Below, piece by piece: positions 40,440 to 50,501 of a stretch of 64,000 nt of DNA (its first letter is position 1; every line of letters begins with the position of its first letter). The notes below the pieces were generated by a model. It was given only the letters and a program-made list of their open reading frames with translations, did not search any database and was not told where the DNA came from. Source of the DNA: Candidatus Omnitrophota bacterium (GTDB lineage Bacteria > Omnitrophota > Gorgyraeia > Zapsychrales > Zapsychraceae); NCBI GenBank assembly GCA_029261065.1, contig JAJDCB010000009.1, positions 33,625 to 97,624 on the forward strand, written 5' to 3'. Position numbers and translations under genes: made by a program.

Positions 40440-43400
40440 TTAACCCAGATGTACATCAATACGTTTTAATTTACCATCACGAATGTCTCCAGAATACGGT
40501 GATGGAATAAATGCGCCTTTAAGGAGAACAGGTTTCTTTTTTTGAGAATACGTTAGCTCTATGTCCTGAACGCTAACCGCAGATTTCCCATAAGTATTCT
40601 TCTTTTTAGGATTGTGATAAACAACAAGAGTTGATCCTAAAAATACAAAAGCATAACAATTCTGATCAATTTTCTCTTTAAAGCACTCCCTTTTAATATC
40701 ATAAAATTCAACTGTTGATTTCTGTGTTGTAAATAGCCAACTCGGTAAAGCCGGCACAAAAGACAGTACAAGCTCTTGATTCGCATTAAGGGAAAATGGA
40801 TTTAAACCCACATTCATCAGCAACCACATGTGCAAAAATTCTGCCGTACTCCCCGATAACCGCGCAACAAACCCTTGTCCATGTAACGAGGCATCTTCGT
40901 GGGCTGAACTAACAATAAAAGAAGAATTCTCCAAAGTACTTCTTCCATAAACAGCTGGATCTAAGGATGAGACTAACACATGTTTAAAGTTATCAAAAAA
41001 CTCCTCGTACAACCCTTGTCTCAGAACTTCCAACATAAACTTATATTCCATGTGAAGCCAGACCGATTCGTTCTCCAACCAACCTGAAGGAAAAATGCGG
41101 CAACGGCCGATTTCATCAGTCTCATTCGCTAAATTCTCGTTAACTTTATACATTTTAAGTTTTTTATCAAACAAGGGGCTACGACGCACTTGACTATATA
41201 ACTCTTTTGCCTCCTTAACATCCTTCGCCACTCTTAAAGCATGCACATAACCTTCTAAAAATAACGGCAGATTATGACGTTTAAATTCCAGTGGACGGAC
41301 AAAGGGCTGCTCTTCATTCTGACTTTTATCTAATTCTTGATATTTCGGAACTTGATGATAAAAGTACGTTGATAAAAATCCTTCTTTCGTAAAACCAGCA
41401 TCAATAGAGGTATTAATTTTCTCGATAACACCAATTAAAAACGTCTTAATCGCAGCAACCGTCATTTGCTCCTCGACTCCATCAACACCTAAACGAATCC
41501 GATTACGATAATGCTCTTTAATATCATTCGATTTTTGCCAGTAAGCTTTAGGATCCTGTTTTAAAGAAAGTAATGGACTTAAACCTGTGACAAACGTATA
41601 CAGCTCTTCAAACAAAGAAAACTGATGATTATCGGCCAATCCAAGTTGTTTTAAAGACTCTAATAAAAACTGACTATACCTTTTGATTTCAATTGTCTCA
41701 GAAATTGAAGATCCTAGAAGGCCAGGCAAGCCATTTAAAGAATCATACCAATTGGGTTTATCCGCCTCCATCTCCACCCCAACACCGCTTGGATCGAGAG
41801 ATGCGACTTTATTAGCAATAAGACATAACAACTTACAAACTAAATGCGTGTAATAAACCCCACCTTCTCCATTTTTAACCTTGAGACGATTTCCCTTTAA
41901 TTTCGCACCAATGGCCATCGTTCCGTCTTTAACAGATTCATATTGCCTCACTCCACGCTCAGTTAAAATATAACGCTGATCGCGAGGTAACACATAATGA
42001 TCGTTATGATAAAAATAAAACTCTTCCTTCTCCATTAATAAATGCCGTAACTTCTCGGGATAAAGAGCTAGATAACTTTCTAATAAATCCAGATTATACG
42101 TCCAATGATCAGACCAAAATCCCTCCCCATGATTTGAGAGTTCTTGTTTCTTAGAACCTTGTAAAACACGTGATAAAAATTCTTGCTGTGTTACTTTTAG
42201 GGAAATCGATTCCTGCGCAATAAAGGTGAGCAGCTCTCCGGGAAGAAACGCTTCTTCTAAGATATTTGTTAACTTCTTATGATCTGATTTTTCAACACAT
42301 TGATTGAGCACGGTCTTTACGTATTTTTGATCTTGAATCTTAAAAGAAACCCCTTGAACAACTAATGGATTATAACCATCAGCTTGAGACAAATTTAAAA
42401 AGGTCATAATATGACTATCACCAACCAATGGGTTAAACCAAGCATCGTTGCGTCGATTTTGATTCACATCACGATAATTTCCATTACCTTGGGAGTAATA
42501 ACTGGCCGCGACATAAAAATAATTATAATCGCGTTCCAAATCCCCATGCTTTCGACTATAGACATTAAAGGCCACATCGCCCTGTTTCGTTCCTATCGTG
42601 ACAGGAAGCCCACCTCTTAAAATATTATCCAAAAATGTCGATGAACAATATTTATCAAAGGTATCCAAAGAACTCTTTGTTAAGCAATAATTTTTAACCT
42701 CATCAATAATCCCTTTGTTGACCTTACTTTTTCTGTCTATATAATTCTTTTGAGTCGCCTGCTTAACCATATCATTGAGGGCATCAACGTCATGAGCGTA
42801 ACCTAACATCGATACGACTTCCTTCGTTGCTTTAGGCTTTAATGTTGCCTTAAAATAGGACATCGCAGAAGGGGAACGATTGCTCGTTTGTTGCACTTTT
42901 GGAAGAGAAAATGATTTTTCTATAAACTGTTGAGGACAGACAAAGTCTTGAGCTGCACCAAAAACGCAAGCATTCTCAACTATTGGTTCGAGCAGTTTAT
43001 TTTTTCCGCCTTGAGGATCAAAACTAAAATAAAAATTTCCCTCCTCAATAGGTGTCACCTCGGGCTTATCCGAGACCTCTACATTGAGTTGGTAATAAGC
43101 TGCCTTTTTCTTTAAATTGCGCACTTTAACCCACGCCTCAACGGTGCGTGAAATATTCTTATTTAAAGCATCCGTTAATCCGTAAGGTACAATGACAGGC
43201 AACCCATCTATCACTTCAATATCTTTGGCTTGTTTGCCCACGTTTATAATACTAACTCGTCGAATAAGTGCTGCGAAAGGTTCTTCAGCCAACGTAAAAT
43301 AATTAACGCGAACAATTATTCCCAGATCTAAATTTTCTTCCTCAAGCGTTAAATCATGCGCACTCATCGAAAGCTTTACTTTCTTTTTATAGTCTGTTCC

Positions 43401-43712
43401 CTCTAGATGATTTTGGAAAGGTTCATAGTAACGTGTTTTTGGCCCTATCTTTACTTTGATAAACGTGCGAAATCCTTGAAGAGCGGTTTGCCGATAAGCC
43501 TTATTCGCCGGCTGAAACTCCATGATGGCTTTATCCTTGGCCTCAATACCAAAGCTTGTCACACACTGACCTCGATTAACATAGAATACCCACATCGGAA
43601 TACCCCACAGGCCAGCTATCCCTGGAAAAAAATTGCTAAATAGTTTAGCTTGATTATAGTTCTCTATATTAAAACACCCGTTTTCATCTAAAGTATATTT
43701 TGGATTATTCAT
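40440..43712 (-). CDS. Glycoside phosphorylase, GH161-like (beta-1,3-glucan phosphorylase candidate)
   Basis: PGIAG..GIPMWVFYVNRGQ, SRKHGDLERDYN, YRDVNQNRR, GFWSDHWTYNLDL, EMEADKPNWYDSLNGLPG and GWLENESVWLHMEYK. Confidence 0.75.
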   Translation of the reverse strand: MNNPKYTLDENGCFNIENYNQAKLFSNFFPGIAGLWGIPMWVFYVNRGQCVTSFGIEAKDKAIMEFQPANKAYRQTALQGFRTFIKVKIGPKTRYYEPFQNHLEGTDYKKKVKLSMSAHDLTLEEENLDLGIIVRVNYFTLAEEPFAALIRRVSIINVGKQAKDIEVIDGLPVIVPYGLTDALNKNISRTVEAWVKVRNLKKKAAYYQLNVEVSDKPEVTPIEEGNFYFSFDPQGGKNKLLEPIVENACVFGAAQDFVCPQQFIEKSFSLPKVQQTSNRSPSAMSYFKATLKPKATKEVVSMLGYAHDVDALNDMVKQATQKNYIDRKSKVNKGIIDEVKNYCLTKSSLDTFDKYCSSTFLDNILRGGLPVTIGTKQGDVAFNVYSRKHGDLERDYNYFYVAASYYSQGNGNYRDVNQNRRNDAWFNPLVGDSHIMTFLNLSQADGYNPLVVQGVSFKIQDQKYVKTVLNQCVEKSDHKKLTNILEEAFLPGELLTFIAQESISLKVTQQEFLSRVLQGSKKQELSNHGEGFWSDHWTYNLDLLESYLALYPEKLRHLLMEKEEFYFYHNDHYVLPRDQRYILTERGVRQYESVKDGTMAIGAKLKGNRLKVKNGEGGVYYTHLVCKLLCLIANKVASLDPSGVGVEMEADKPNWYDSLNGLPGLLGSSISETIEIKRYSQFLLESLKQLGLADNHQFSLFEELYTFVTGLSPLLSLKQDPKAYWQKSNDIKEHYRNRIRLGVDGVEEQMTVAAIKTFLIGVIEKINTSIDAGFTKEGFLSTYFYHQVPKYQELDKSQNEEQPFVRPLEFKRHNLPLFLEGYVHALRVAKDVKEAKELYSQVRRSPLFDKKLKMYKVNENLANETDEIGRCRIFPSGWLENESVWLHMEYKFMLEVLRQGLYEEFFDNFKHVLVSSLDPAVYGRSTLENSSFIVSSAHEDASLHGQGFVARLSGSTAEFLHMWLLMNVGLNPFSLNANQELVLSFVPALPSWLFTTQKSTVEFYDIKRECFKEKIDQNCYAFVFLGSTLVVYHNPKKKNTYGKSAVSVQDIELTYSQKKKPVLLKGAFIPSPYSGDIRDGKLKRIDVHLG

Positions 43713-43756
43713 GTTATTTTATCAGTTTGCAACAAAATCTCTTTTTTTGTTGATTA

Positions 43757-44539
43757 TTAATAAGGATTTTTGGCCTTTCGAAAAAGATTGTAATACCCAG
43801 ATAATTTCATTAAAAGGATATCAGCCCTATTATCTTTGTCGCTAAAGCGCACCCGATTGATTTCAAAGACATCTTTATTTTCACGATCAAACCCTCTATT
43901 AGTCGCCAAAGCCGATTCATAACCTGCCTTTTTAACAATTTCTTTAATCTCGTCACTAAAGCCCCCAACAGGATAAGCAAAATGCTTTATCTCAACCCCC
44001 AGCTTCTTCTCTAAGACATGCTTACTTTCTATGATTTCATACCGTTGCAAATCAACTGACGCATCCGGTAAATATACATGTGTTCGTGAATGGCTTCCAA
44101 AAGAAATTCCTCCAGCCATCATCTCTTTAATCTGTTTTAGAGATAGATGTCCATCCATATCAACAAAATCTGAAGGAATAAAAATGGTGGCGGGGAATTG
44201 ATATTTTTTTAGGATTGGCCATGCGTAGGTGTAATTATTTTCATACCCATCATCAAAGGTGAGGACAACCGTTCTTTTTCCCAAGGGTCTATTCTCTTTG
44301 ATCGCTTGAATCAAAGCATCTAAGGTAATAACTTGATAGCCTTTTTCATGTAGAAAAGCCATTTGATTTTCAAAATTTTCTGGGGTAGTTGTATTCGCTT
44401 TTTGTTGTTCGGTAGGTTCAACATGATGATACATAACGACGGGGACGACATAATTATACGATACCCAAAGTGTAAAAAAACTCACTAGGATAACGATGAG
44501 AACAAAGGTTATGGCAAAAAATTTCTTTATAGCGTGCAT
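43757..44539 (-). CDS. Polysaccharide deacetylase (CE4/NodB, IcaB-like), N-terminally anchored
   Basis: MYHHV, LTFDDGY, SHSRTH and FAYPVG motifs. Confidence 0.9.
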   Translation of the reverse strand: MHAIKKFFAITFVLIVILVSFFTLWVSYNYVVPVVMYHHVEPTEQQKANTTTPENFENQMAFLHEKGYQVITLDALIQAIKENRPLGKRTVVLTFDDGYENNYTYAWPILKKYQFPATIFIPSDFVDMDGHLSLKQIKEMMAGGISFGSHSRTHVYLPDASVDLQRYEIIESKHVLEKKLGVEIKHFAYPVGGFSDEIKEIVKKAGYESALATNRGFDRENKDVFEINRVRFSDKDNRADILLMKLSGYYNLFRKAKNPY

Positions 44540-44540
44540 A

Positions 44541-44990
44541 TTAAAGGCTCGATAAATTTTTCTTAACTAATTGACTGACAAGCTTGTTATCTGCTTTACC
44601 ATCCACCTTAGGTAAAAGCGCCTTCATTACAAGCCCCATATCTTTCATGGAACTGGCCTTTGACTCTTGAATGGCCTCTTCAACTAACTTTTGAACCTCA
44701 GCTTCTGCCATTTCCTCTGGCAAATACCCTTTAAGCAAATCCATCTCACCTTGTTCTTTACTAGCTAATTCTTCACGGCCGCCCTTTTTATACATCTCAA
44801 TAGAATCTTGCCTTTGTTTGATCTGCTTTTTTATGATCGCGACAACGTCTTTATCTTCAAGAGAATCCGCTTTTAATTCAATAATCTTATTCTTCAATTG
44901 GGCTCGTAAAAAATTCAACGTTGTAGAAACATCCTTTTTTCGTGCTTTCATCGCTGCAATATAATCCGTATTTATTTGCTTCTCTAACAT
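44541..44990 (-). CDS. GatB/YqeY domain protein
   Basis: AMKAR, KQRQDSI.MY..GGR, YLPEEM and MKDMG.VM motifs. Confidence 0.9.
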   Translation of the reverse strand: MLEKQINTDYIAAMKARKKDVSTTLNFLRAQLKNKIIELKADSLEDKDVVAIIKKQIKQRQDSIEMYKKGGREELASKEQGEMDLLKGYLPEEMAEAEVQKLVEEAIQESKASSMKDMGLVMKALLPKVDGKADNKLVSQLVKKNLSSL

Positions 44991-45084
44991 AAGCCCTCCT
45001 AATGGGTTTCGACAATTCCTGCTAAGCAGAATTTAACTCTTTCTCTAATTGAGTCGATATTCTACTAGATATTGATTAAAATTT

Positions 45085-45318
45085 CTAGTCTTTTCCTTCT
45101 TGGATCAAAATTTTCTTCTCTCGCGATTTATGCCCCGAAATGATCTGAATTTGGCGCTTTTTTGCTCCTAAGTACTTTGCTAGCAACTGAATAACAGCCT
45201 CATTAGCGCTGCCATCAATTGCCGGTTTACAGACATAAACCTTTAATTGGTTCTTCTCTTCCTTAATATGCGCTTTTTTGGCATTCGGGACGACTTTAAT
45301 ATTCAGCTCACAACTCAT
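45085..45318 (-). CDS. DUF167 (YggU) family protein
   Basis: KVVPNA, PAIDGSAN and ISGHKSREK motifs. Confidence 0.88.
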   Translation of the reverse strand: MSCELNIKVVPNAKKAHIKEEKNQLKVYVCKPAIDGSANEAVIQLLAKYLGAKKRQIQIISGHKSREKKILIQEGKD

Positions 45319-45343
45319 TTACATTATCCTAATTTCATAAAGT

Positions 45344-45437
45344 TCCTGTAATCTAGTAATCTGAGCTATCCCGCGCGAGTTACGAGCAAAGCGAGTATGT
45401 CTGAGCTCGGGATAGCTCAGATTACTAGATTACAGGA
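45344..45437. repeat. Intergenic inverted repeat with 30-bp perfect arms
   Basis: TCCTGTAATCTAGTAATCTGAGCTATCCCG (45344-45373) and its exact reverse complement (45408-45437), 34 nt apart. Confidence 0.9.
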
Positions 45438-45455
45438 CGAGCTTCCCTATTATAG

Positions 45456-46226
45456 TTAAGGCAACACCATATCGTAATGATGTTTCTTCAGCCATGCTTT
45501 GGCATCCAAATATTGTGGATAAAATTTTTTCACTTGATTCCAAAAACGTTTGGAATGATTCGGCACAATTAAATGGCATAATTCATGAACGACCACATAA
45601 TCAATGACCTCCATGGGTGCTAAAATAATTTGCCAATTAAGATGAATGGTCTGTGTATTATAGTCACAATTGCCCCATATTCTTTTATGCGCACGAATAG
45701 CGATTGTCTTTGGGGTGACATTAATAATACGAGCATAATAAAAAAGCCTTCCTCCTAAAACTTCTTGCGCTTGCTGACGATACCATTGAATCATTTTGGC
45801 TTTAGTCAGCTGCTTTATTTTTTCTTCACTAAGAGATTCGGGTACGCTTACAAGCCACCTTTGTCCATCAAACTCAATTTTCGCTCTCTTAGCGGATGAG
45901 GACCTTACATTAAGAGTGCACTTCTCTCCCATAAACAAAAAATTATTCCCGTCTATAAAGTCTCTTGATTGTAATTGGGATTGAATATCTTTGGCCTGTT
46001 TAACTCGCGTGATAATCCAATGTTCTTTTTCCTTCATAAACATTTGGATCTCTTTCATCTTCGAGCTAAAGGGTACAGAAACGCTTAAATTGGCTTTCTC
46101 ATCAATGGAAATCGTTAAAGTTCTTCGATGAGAAGAACGCTTTAATAAAAATTCAAGGTCTCCTTGGGAGGAACGAAAAAAAGATATCTCTTTAGTTATT
46201 TTTTTGGGACGTTTTATTCGAGGCAT
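45456..46226 (-). CDS. M48/YgjP (DUF45) family metal-dependent hydrolase
   Basis: WGNC, IHLNW, IDYVVVHELCH and NHSKRFW motifs. Confidence 0.9.
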   Translation of the reverse strand: MPRIKRPKKITKEISFFRSSQGDLEFLLKRSSHRRTLTISIDEKANLSVSVPFSSKMKEIQMFMKEKEHWIITRVKQAKDIQSQLQSRDFIDGNNFLFMGEKCTLNVRSSSAKRAKIEFDGQRWLVSVPESLSEEKIKQLTKAKMIQWYRQQAQEVLGGRLFYYARIINVTPKTIAIRAHKRIWGNCDYNTQTIHLNWQIILAPMEVIDYVVVHELCHLIVPNHSKRFWNQVKKFYPQYLDAKAWLKKHHYDMVLP

Positions 46227-46270
46227 AACGCAGATGATACTTCGTTCATGGAAGAAAATGCGGAATGGAT

Positions 46271-47458
46271 TTAATCTATGATTTCTACATCAATTGTAAC
46301 ATTTCGTGGCTTGGCAATATCCGTTTGAGGCTTTACTTCTGATTCCTGAGGAACTCCTGCATCATATTTGGCTTGATTAACTTTGATCTCGACGCCATTT
46401 TTTACTAAATAACCATTATTGCCTAAAACAAGACGAATACGATCCAACTCTTTTAAGGCTGACTTTCTGGCCTGTTGAGCTTCTTTTTTAAAATGCTTAA
46501 TTTTTGTTTTAACCGTTCTCATCCGACCTTCATACAAATTCATTAAAACTTTAGCTTCTTCAGTGTTTTTAACATCACCCGCATAAAACCTCATCTGATC
46601 TTGCAAAACAGAAATTTCTAAATTCAGCTCCTTATTTTTTTGTTGAAGCAAAGATATGGTTTGCTCTAGTTCCATGCGTGTTTCAGATATTTGATGCTCA
46701 TTAAGATTTTTGACTGTTTCTAGATCATTAACCAATGATGTATTCCCAGATTTTGCTTGCGCTAACATCTGTTCTGTTTCAGCTAAAATAGACTTCGTAG
46801 ATTCTAATTCTTCATTCAAAGAAACCAACATACTTTCGCTTTCATTATAAAGCTGCTTTGTACTTTCTAATTCGCTTGTCAAATTAGTTACCATCAACTC
46901 ACTCGCATAATAACGATGGGAATAACTCATTGTTAAGGCGGCCTGTTGATCGGAAACGGCAAACAATTTATGATTGGCCAAATTAATATTCTTATACGTA
47001 TCCTGCCCCGTCCAAGTCATCCAAGCAGCAAGCATGGCTGCTGCAAAAATCAAAAGAACGCCTAAAAGGGCGGTAAGCTTTTTCTTATTACTAAAACTTA
47101 ATAATCCTTTTTGAATCCGTTGTCTAAGCTTAGCTGATATGTATTCGGAAGGTTCTACAAACTTAACACCACAGAGATTGCGTTGTTGAAAAACGCCCTG
47201 TTTTCTTTGCCAGACTAATCGAGCTGTTTGAGGAATAAAATTGCGAGGACCTAAATCGGTATCAAAAGATAAAACACACTTATTGGTTTGATCAAGGGCT
47301 TCATCTATCTCTAGAAGCATCCCTGATGTGCTGATATTACGAACTCTAGCCCTTCCCGATTTCGACGTCTGAGGAATTCGCCAGGCAATACGCTTATTTT
47401 CATTTATGCGTAAGTTTTCTCGCGTATCGCTAAAGACCCTATTCGTTGTTGTCACCAT
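46271..47458 (-). CDS. PilZ domain - transmembrane - coiled-coil protein
   Basis: RENLR (RxxxR) and NISTSG motifs, CGVKF, one TM helix and a long heptad-rich C-terminal region. Confidence 0.75.
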   Translation of the reverse strand: MVTTTNRVFSDTRENLRINENKRIAWRIPQTSKSGRARVRNISTSGMLLEIDEALDQTNKCVLSFDTDLGPRNFIPQTARLVWQRKQGVFQQRNLCGVKFVEPSEYISAKLRQRIQKGLLSFSNKKKLTALLGVLLIFAAAMLAAWMTWTGQDTYKNINLANHKLFAVSDQQAALTMSYSHRYYASELMVTNLTSELESTKQLYNESESMLVSLNEELESTKSILAETEQMLAQAKSGNTSLVNDLETVKNLNEHQISETRMELEQTISLLQQKNKELNLEISVLQDQMRFYAGDVKNTEEAKVLMNLYEGRMRTVKTKIKHFKKEAQQARKSALKELDRIRLVLGNNGYLVKNGVEIKVNQAKYDAGVPQESEVKPQTDIAKPRNVTIDVEIID

Positions 47459-47538
47459 TTTTGGAAGCTCCAGTTCTACCTAATTGACGTAACAACCTTT
47501 AAAACAACACACATCTAAACTTTCAAACCTTAAAAGCC

Positions 47539-47567
47539 ATTATAAAGACAATTTAAAATCAAGACAA
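47539..47567 (-). promoter_or_regulatory. Sigma70-type promoter of the PilZ gene
   Basis: Minus strand reads TTGTCT-N17-TATAAT, about 80 nt upstream of the ATG. Confidence 0.65.
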
Positions 47568-47614
47568 GGGAATTTATTGTTATTTTATTTTTCTAATATT
47601 CTAAATTCTTTGTC

Positions 47615-48313
47615 CTAAAATAATCGTAAACGTACAGCACGAAATTCTTTCAGAATCAAATCTTCTTTAGACTTAGACATTTGCAAAATATTAACTAAAT
47701 GAGCCGCCTCAATCTTCCCTTCATTAAGACCCTTTAAAATCATCGTATTTTTCTCAGAGACATGTAACAACAAATTTCTATAAATGACCTTGGATGACAA
47801 AATATGCCGAAGTGTAGTCTCAAAATTAAGGCGTTGAGAGGATTGAAGCTCTGTTAAGGACAATCCCTCCTCTCCTAACTTTCCATACAAAACCCCTAAA
47901 TTATATCTATACCAAAAAACCTCTGGCTTTCGCCTAACAGCCTCCTTTAACAAAACGATAGCCTTATCATAGTCGCCTACTTGATAGTAACAAAACCCCA
48001 ATAAGGCATAACTTTCAGAAATATGAGGGAAAAATTCAATAACAGCTTGATAATAGCGCAAATATTCCTTCATTCGCTCAACCTCAACAGATGACGGGTC
48101 ATTTGAGATCTCTAAAAGATAATCAAAAGATGATGGCACAATCATGTTGAGTTTTCTTACCTTAAAACCATCTTGAAACTTCTTATAATCAACAACACCA
48201 CCAGAGACCAAATAAAGGAATGCATAAAAGACAAACGCCCTTCTTGAAAAACTTCGTAAAATAGTCCAAAACTTATAAGAGTCTTCATTATGTGTTTGAG
48301 TGTGATCAGCCAA
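47615..48313 (-). CDS. Membrane-anchored TPR protein
   Basis: N-terminal hydrophobic helix; TPRs YALLGFCYYQVGDYDKAI and YRYNLGVLYGKLG. Confidence 0.75.
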   Translation of the reverse strand: MADHTQTHNEDSYKFWTILRSFSRRAFVFYAFLYLVSGGVVDYKKFQDGFKVRKLNMIVPSSFDYLLEISNDPSSVEVERMKEYLRYYQAVIEFFPHISESYALLGFCYYQVGDYDKAIVLLKEAVRRKPEVFWYRYNLGVLYGKLGEEGLSLTELQSSQRLNFETTLRHILSSKVIYRNLLLHVSEKNTMILKGLNEGKIEAAHLVNILQMSKSKEDLILKEFRAVRLRLF

Positions 48314-50477
48314 GTTCGGTCCTCTTTCTGCCGCTTAAATAGAAAACACCACCCAAGGTCCCTGCCATGATGAGCATTAGCACAACATTAAAAACCACTC
48401 GTATGGGGGAACCATATACAAATTCAACATTATGCGTGCCCATTGGGACCCAAACTCCTTTAAATGACATATTGGTCTTCCATATAGGTACGTGTTGACC
48501 ATTGATATACGCCGTCCTCCCTTTATGATCATTATCATTAAAAACCAAAAATTTATTTTTAAGCAAATCTGTTTTTAGAGATAAACGATTTCCTGTATAT
48601 TTAGAAACACGAACTTCCCTAGAATCTGTATGAATAATTTGAAATGTCTCGCTAGCATTTTTATCGATAGCCGAAATCACCCCACCTTGCCCCACATCTT
48701 TGATAAAGGCTAAGTTCGTATTCTGCGCCATTGTCTTTGCTAAACGGTTTAGATCGAAGGTCTCTTCCTGAATAATTTCAACATTATCATATAGAATAAT
48801 TTTATACCGCAGATATTCATCAAGAATAAACGGATTAATATTATGGTAAAGCTCTACAAAAGACTTTAAACCTACGTATACCTGATTAGCTCTCTTCTCT
48901 GTTAACTGAGAAACGTAAGTTTGATAATCCTTGGATTTTCTTTCTAAAAAATAATCTACGCGTTCTTTAGAAAGCAGCAAGGGCATATCATCAATAGTAA
49001 ACTCTTTAAATAGAGAATCTCGCGTATGAGAATTTTTATCAAGATGAGCATAGACAATGAGAGGTTGGATACCGATAAGGAGTAAAAGGAAAAAATAAAG
49101 CCATTGATGTTTGATAAGTTTAAACCCAGAAAAAACATTTAAAAAAAACAACACACTTAATCCACAAATCATCCATTCACAAATTCCCGCATGACTTTTA
49201 AATAAAATAACGCCAAAACCAAGATGGGCTAAAAAAACAAGCAAACCATAGATAGGAGGCTTAATTTTTTTCTCTTCAAACTCCTCTAAAATAAGCTTTA
49301 AATGTTCCACGCAAACAAGAACATAAACAGGCAACAATGTTAACCATATAAAAAATTGAAAGTTCCGAAAATATTTAAAAAATAAGATATGTTCGTACAA
49401 AAATTTATAAATGGGTGTGGCATCATAAAGACTGATCCAATAAATAATAACACCCCACAGGGCAAGAAGCATTAAACGAGGGCTCCTTTTAGCTGCAATA
49501 AGCCCTAACAAAAAGAGCAAGTGAACCCAAATAGAGATGTATACTTTTCCCAACAACATCGATTCATAGTTGGTGAATAAATCTTTTAATATATTCTGGG
49601 TAGCAATCCCTCCCACAGCATTAGATTGTAGGCCCACCTCTGCCATATGAGTAGATAAAGCATTATGCGTTCGGACAGGCAAAACTAATTCTGATTGGTA
49701 CCCTTGGACATAAAATAATAATCCGGGAACTATAGCAAGCAATAAAAATAGGACGCACATCAACGAAAACCATTTATTGCGTGCAATAAAACCAAAAAAT
49801 ATATAAAGAGCACGAGGGATACAAGAGAAATAAAACAAAGAAAAACAAAAAATAAAAACAATCAAAGTCGTTAAAAAATAGAAAGGAATGTATGTGATGG
49901 CGATGATCATAAGGCAGATTGTCATCCCTAAAAAAGAACGTTTGTTAGGGGTAGTATAAAAATCTAATAAAAAGAAAAAGAACCATATCGAAGGCGTTAA
50001 TACTAACATCACAAAAGAACCAAACAACGTTGTAGCCAAAGATGAACTCATCAAAAGTAAATAAGCACAAAAAGCCAAATACGTATGAGAAAACAAACGT
50101 TTAGCAATATAATAAAATCCAAACATGCCAAGAAAATAATAACCAGCTAGGAATGTAAAATAAGCGGTATCAAAACTAACACCTATCTTAACAAACAAAA
50201 GGATTAACATATAAAAGGGGTTAACCTCACCTATCCGACGGTAGAAAAATTCTGTAGGTGTTCCAGATAAACGTATTGGATCCCACATGGCAAATATGCC
50301 GTTGGATAAATGATAGATTAAAGTGCGGGTGTGCTCGTAATATGAAATAGCATCCCCAACAAGCGGAGCTTCTGTGGTAAGAAAACTTCTGAAGGCATAG
50401 AGCCAAGCAACAATTGATAAGATAAAGGCAACGACAAGAAAGCCACGTGAGGAAAAATTATTCTGCGGAAGCCCCAA
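48306..50477 (-). CDS. Polytopic membrane protein, YfhO-like/GT-C glycosyltransferase candidate
   Basis: More than 10 TM helices, GDA..YY and WDPIRLSGTP in the first loop, C-terminal AYING...FKGVWVP.GTH.VEFVY followed by a TM helix. Confidence 0.65.
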   Translation of the reverse strand: MGLPQNNFSSRGFLVVAFILSIVAWLYAFRSFLTTEAPLVGDAISYYEHTRTLIYHLSNGIFAMWDPIRLSGTPTEFFYRRIGEVNPFYMLILLFVKIGVSFDTAYFTFLAGYYFLGMFGFYYIAKRLFSHTYLAFCAYLLLMSSSLATTLFGSFVMLVLTPSIWFFFFLLDFYTTPNKRSFLGMTICLMIIAITYIPFYFLTTLIVFIFCFSLFYFSCIPRALYIFFGFIARNKWFSLMCVLFLLLAIVPGLLFYVQGYQSELVLPVRTHNALSTHMAEVGLQSNAVGGIATQNILKDLFTNYESMLLGKVYISIWVHLLFLLGLIAAKRSPRLMLLALWGVIIYWISLYDATPIYKFLYEHILFFKYFRNFQFFIWLTLLPVYVLVCVEHLKLILEEFEEKKIKPPIYGLLVFLAHLGFGVILFKSHAGICEWMICGLSVLFFLNVFSGFKLIKHQWLYFFLLLLIGIQPLIVYAHLDKNSHTRDSLFKEFTIDDMPLLLSKERVDYFLERKSKDYQTYVSQLTEKRANQVYVGLKSFVELYHNINPFILDEYLRYKIILYDNVEIIQEETFDLNRLAKTMAQNTNLAFIKDVGQGGVISAIDKNASETFQIIHTDSREVRVSKYTGNRLSLKTDLLKNKFLVFNDNDHKGRTAYINGQHVPIWKTNMSFKGVWVPMGTHNVEFVYGSPIRVVFNVVLMLIMAGTLGGVFYLSGRKRTELG

Positions 50478-50501
50478 TGTTGGTACCTTTAAGAATACTT
50501 T

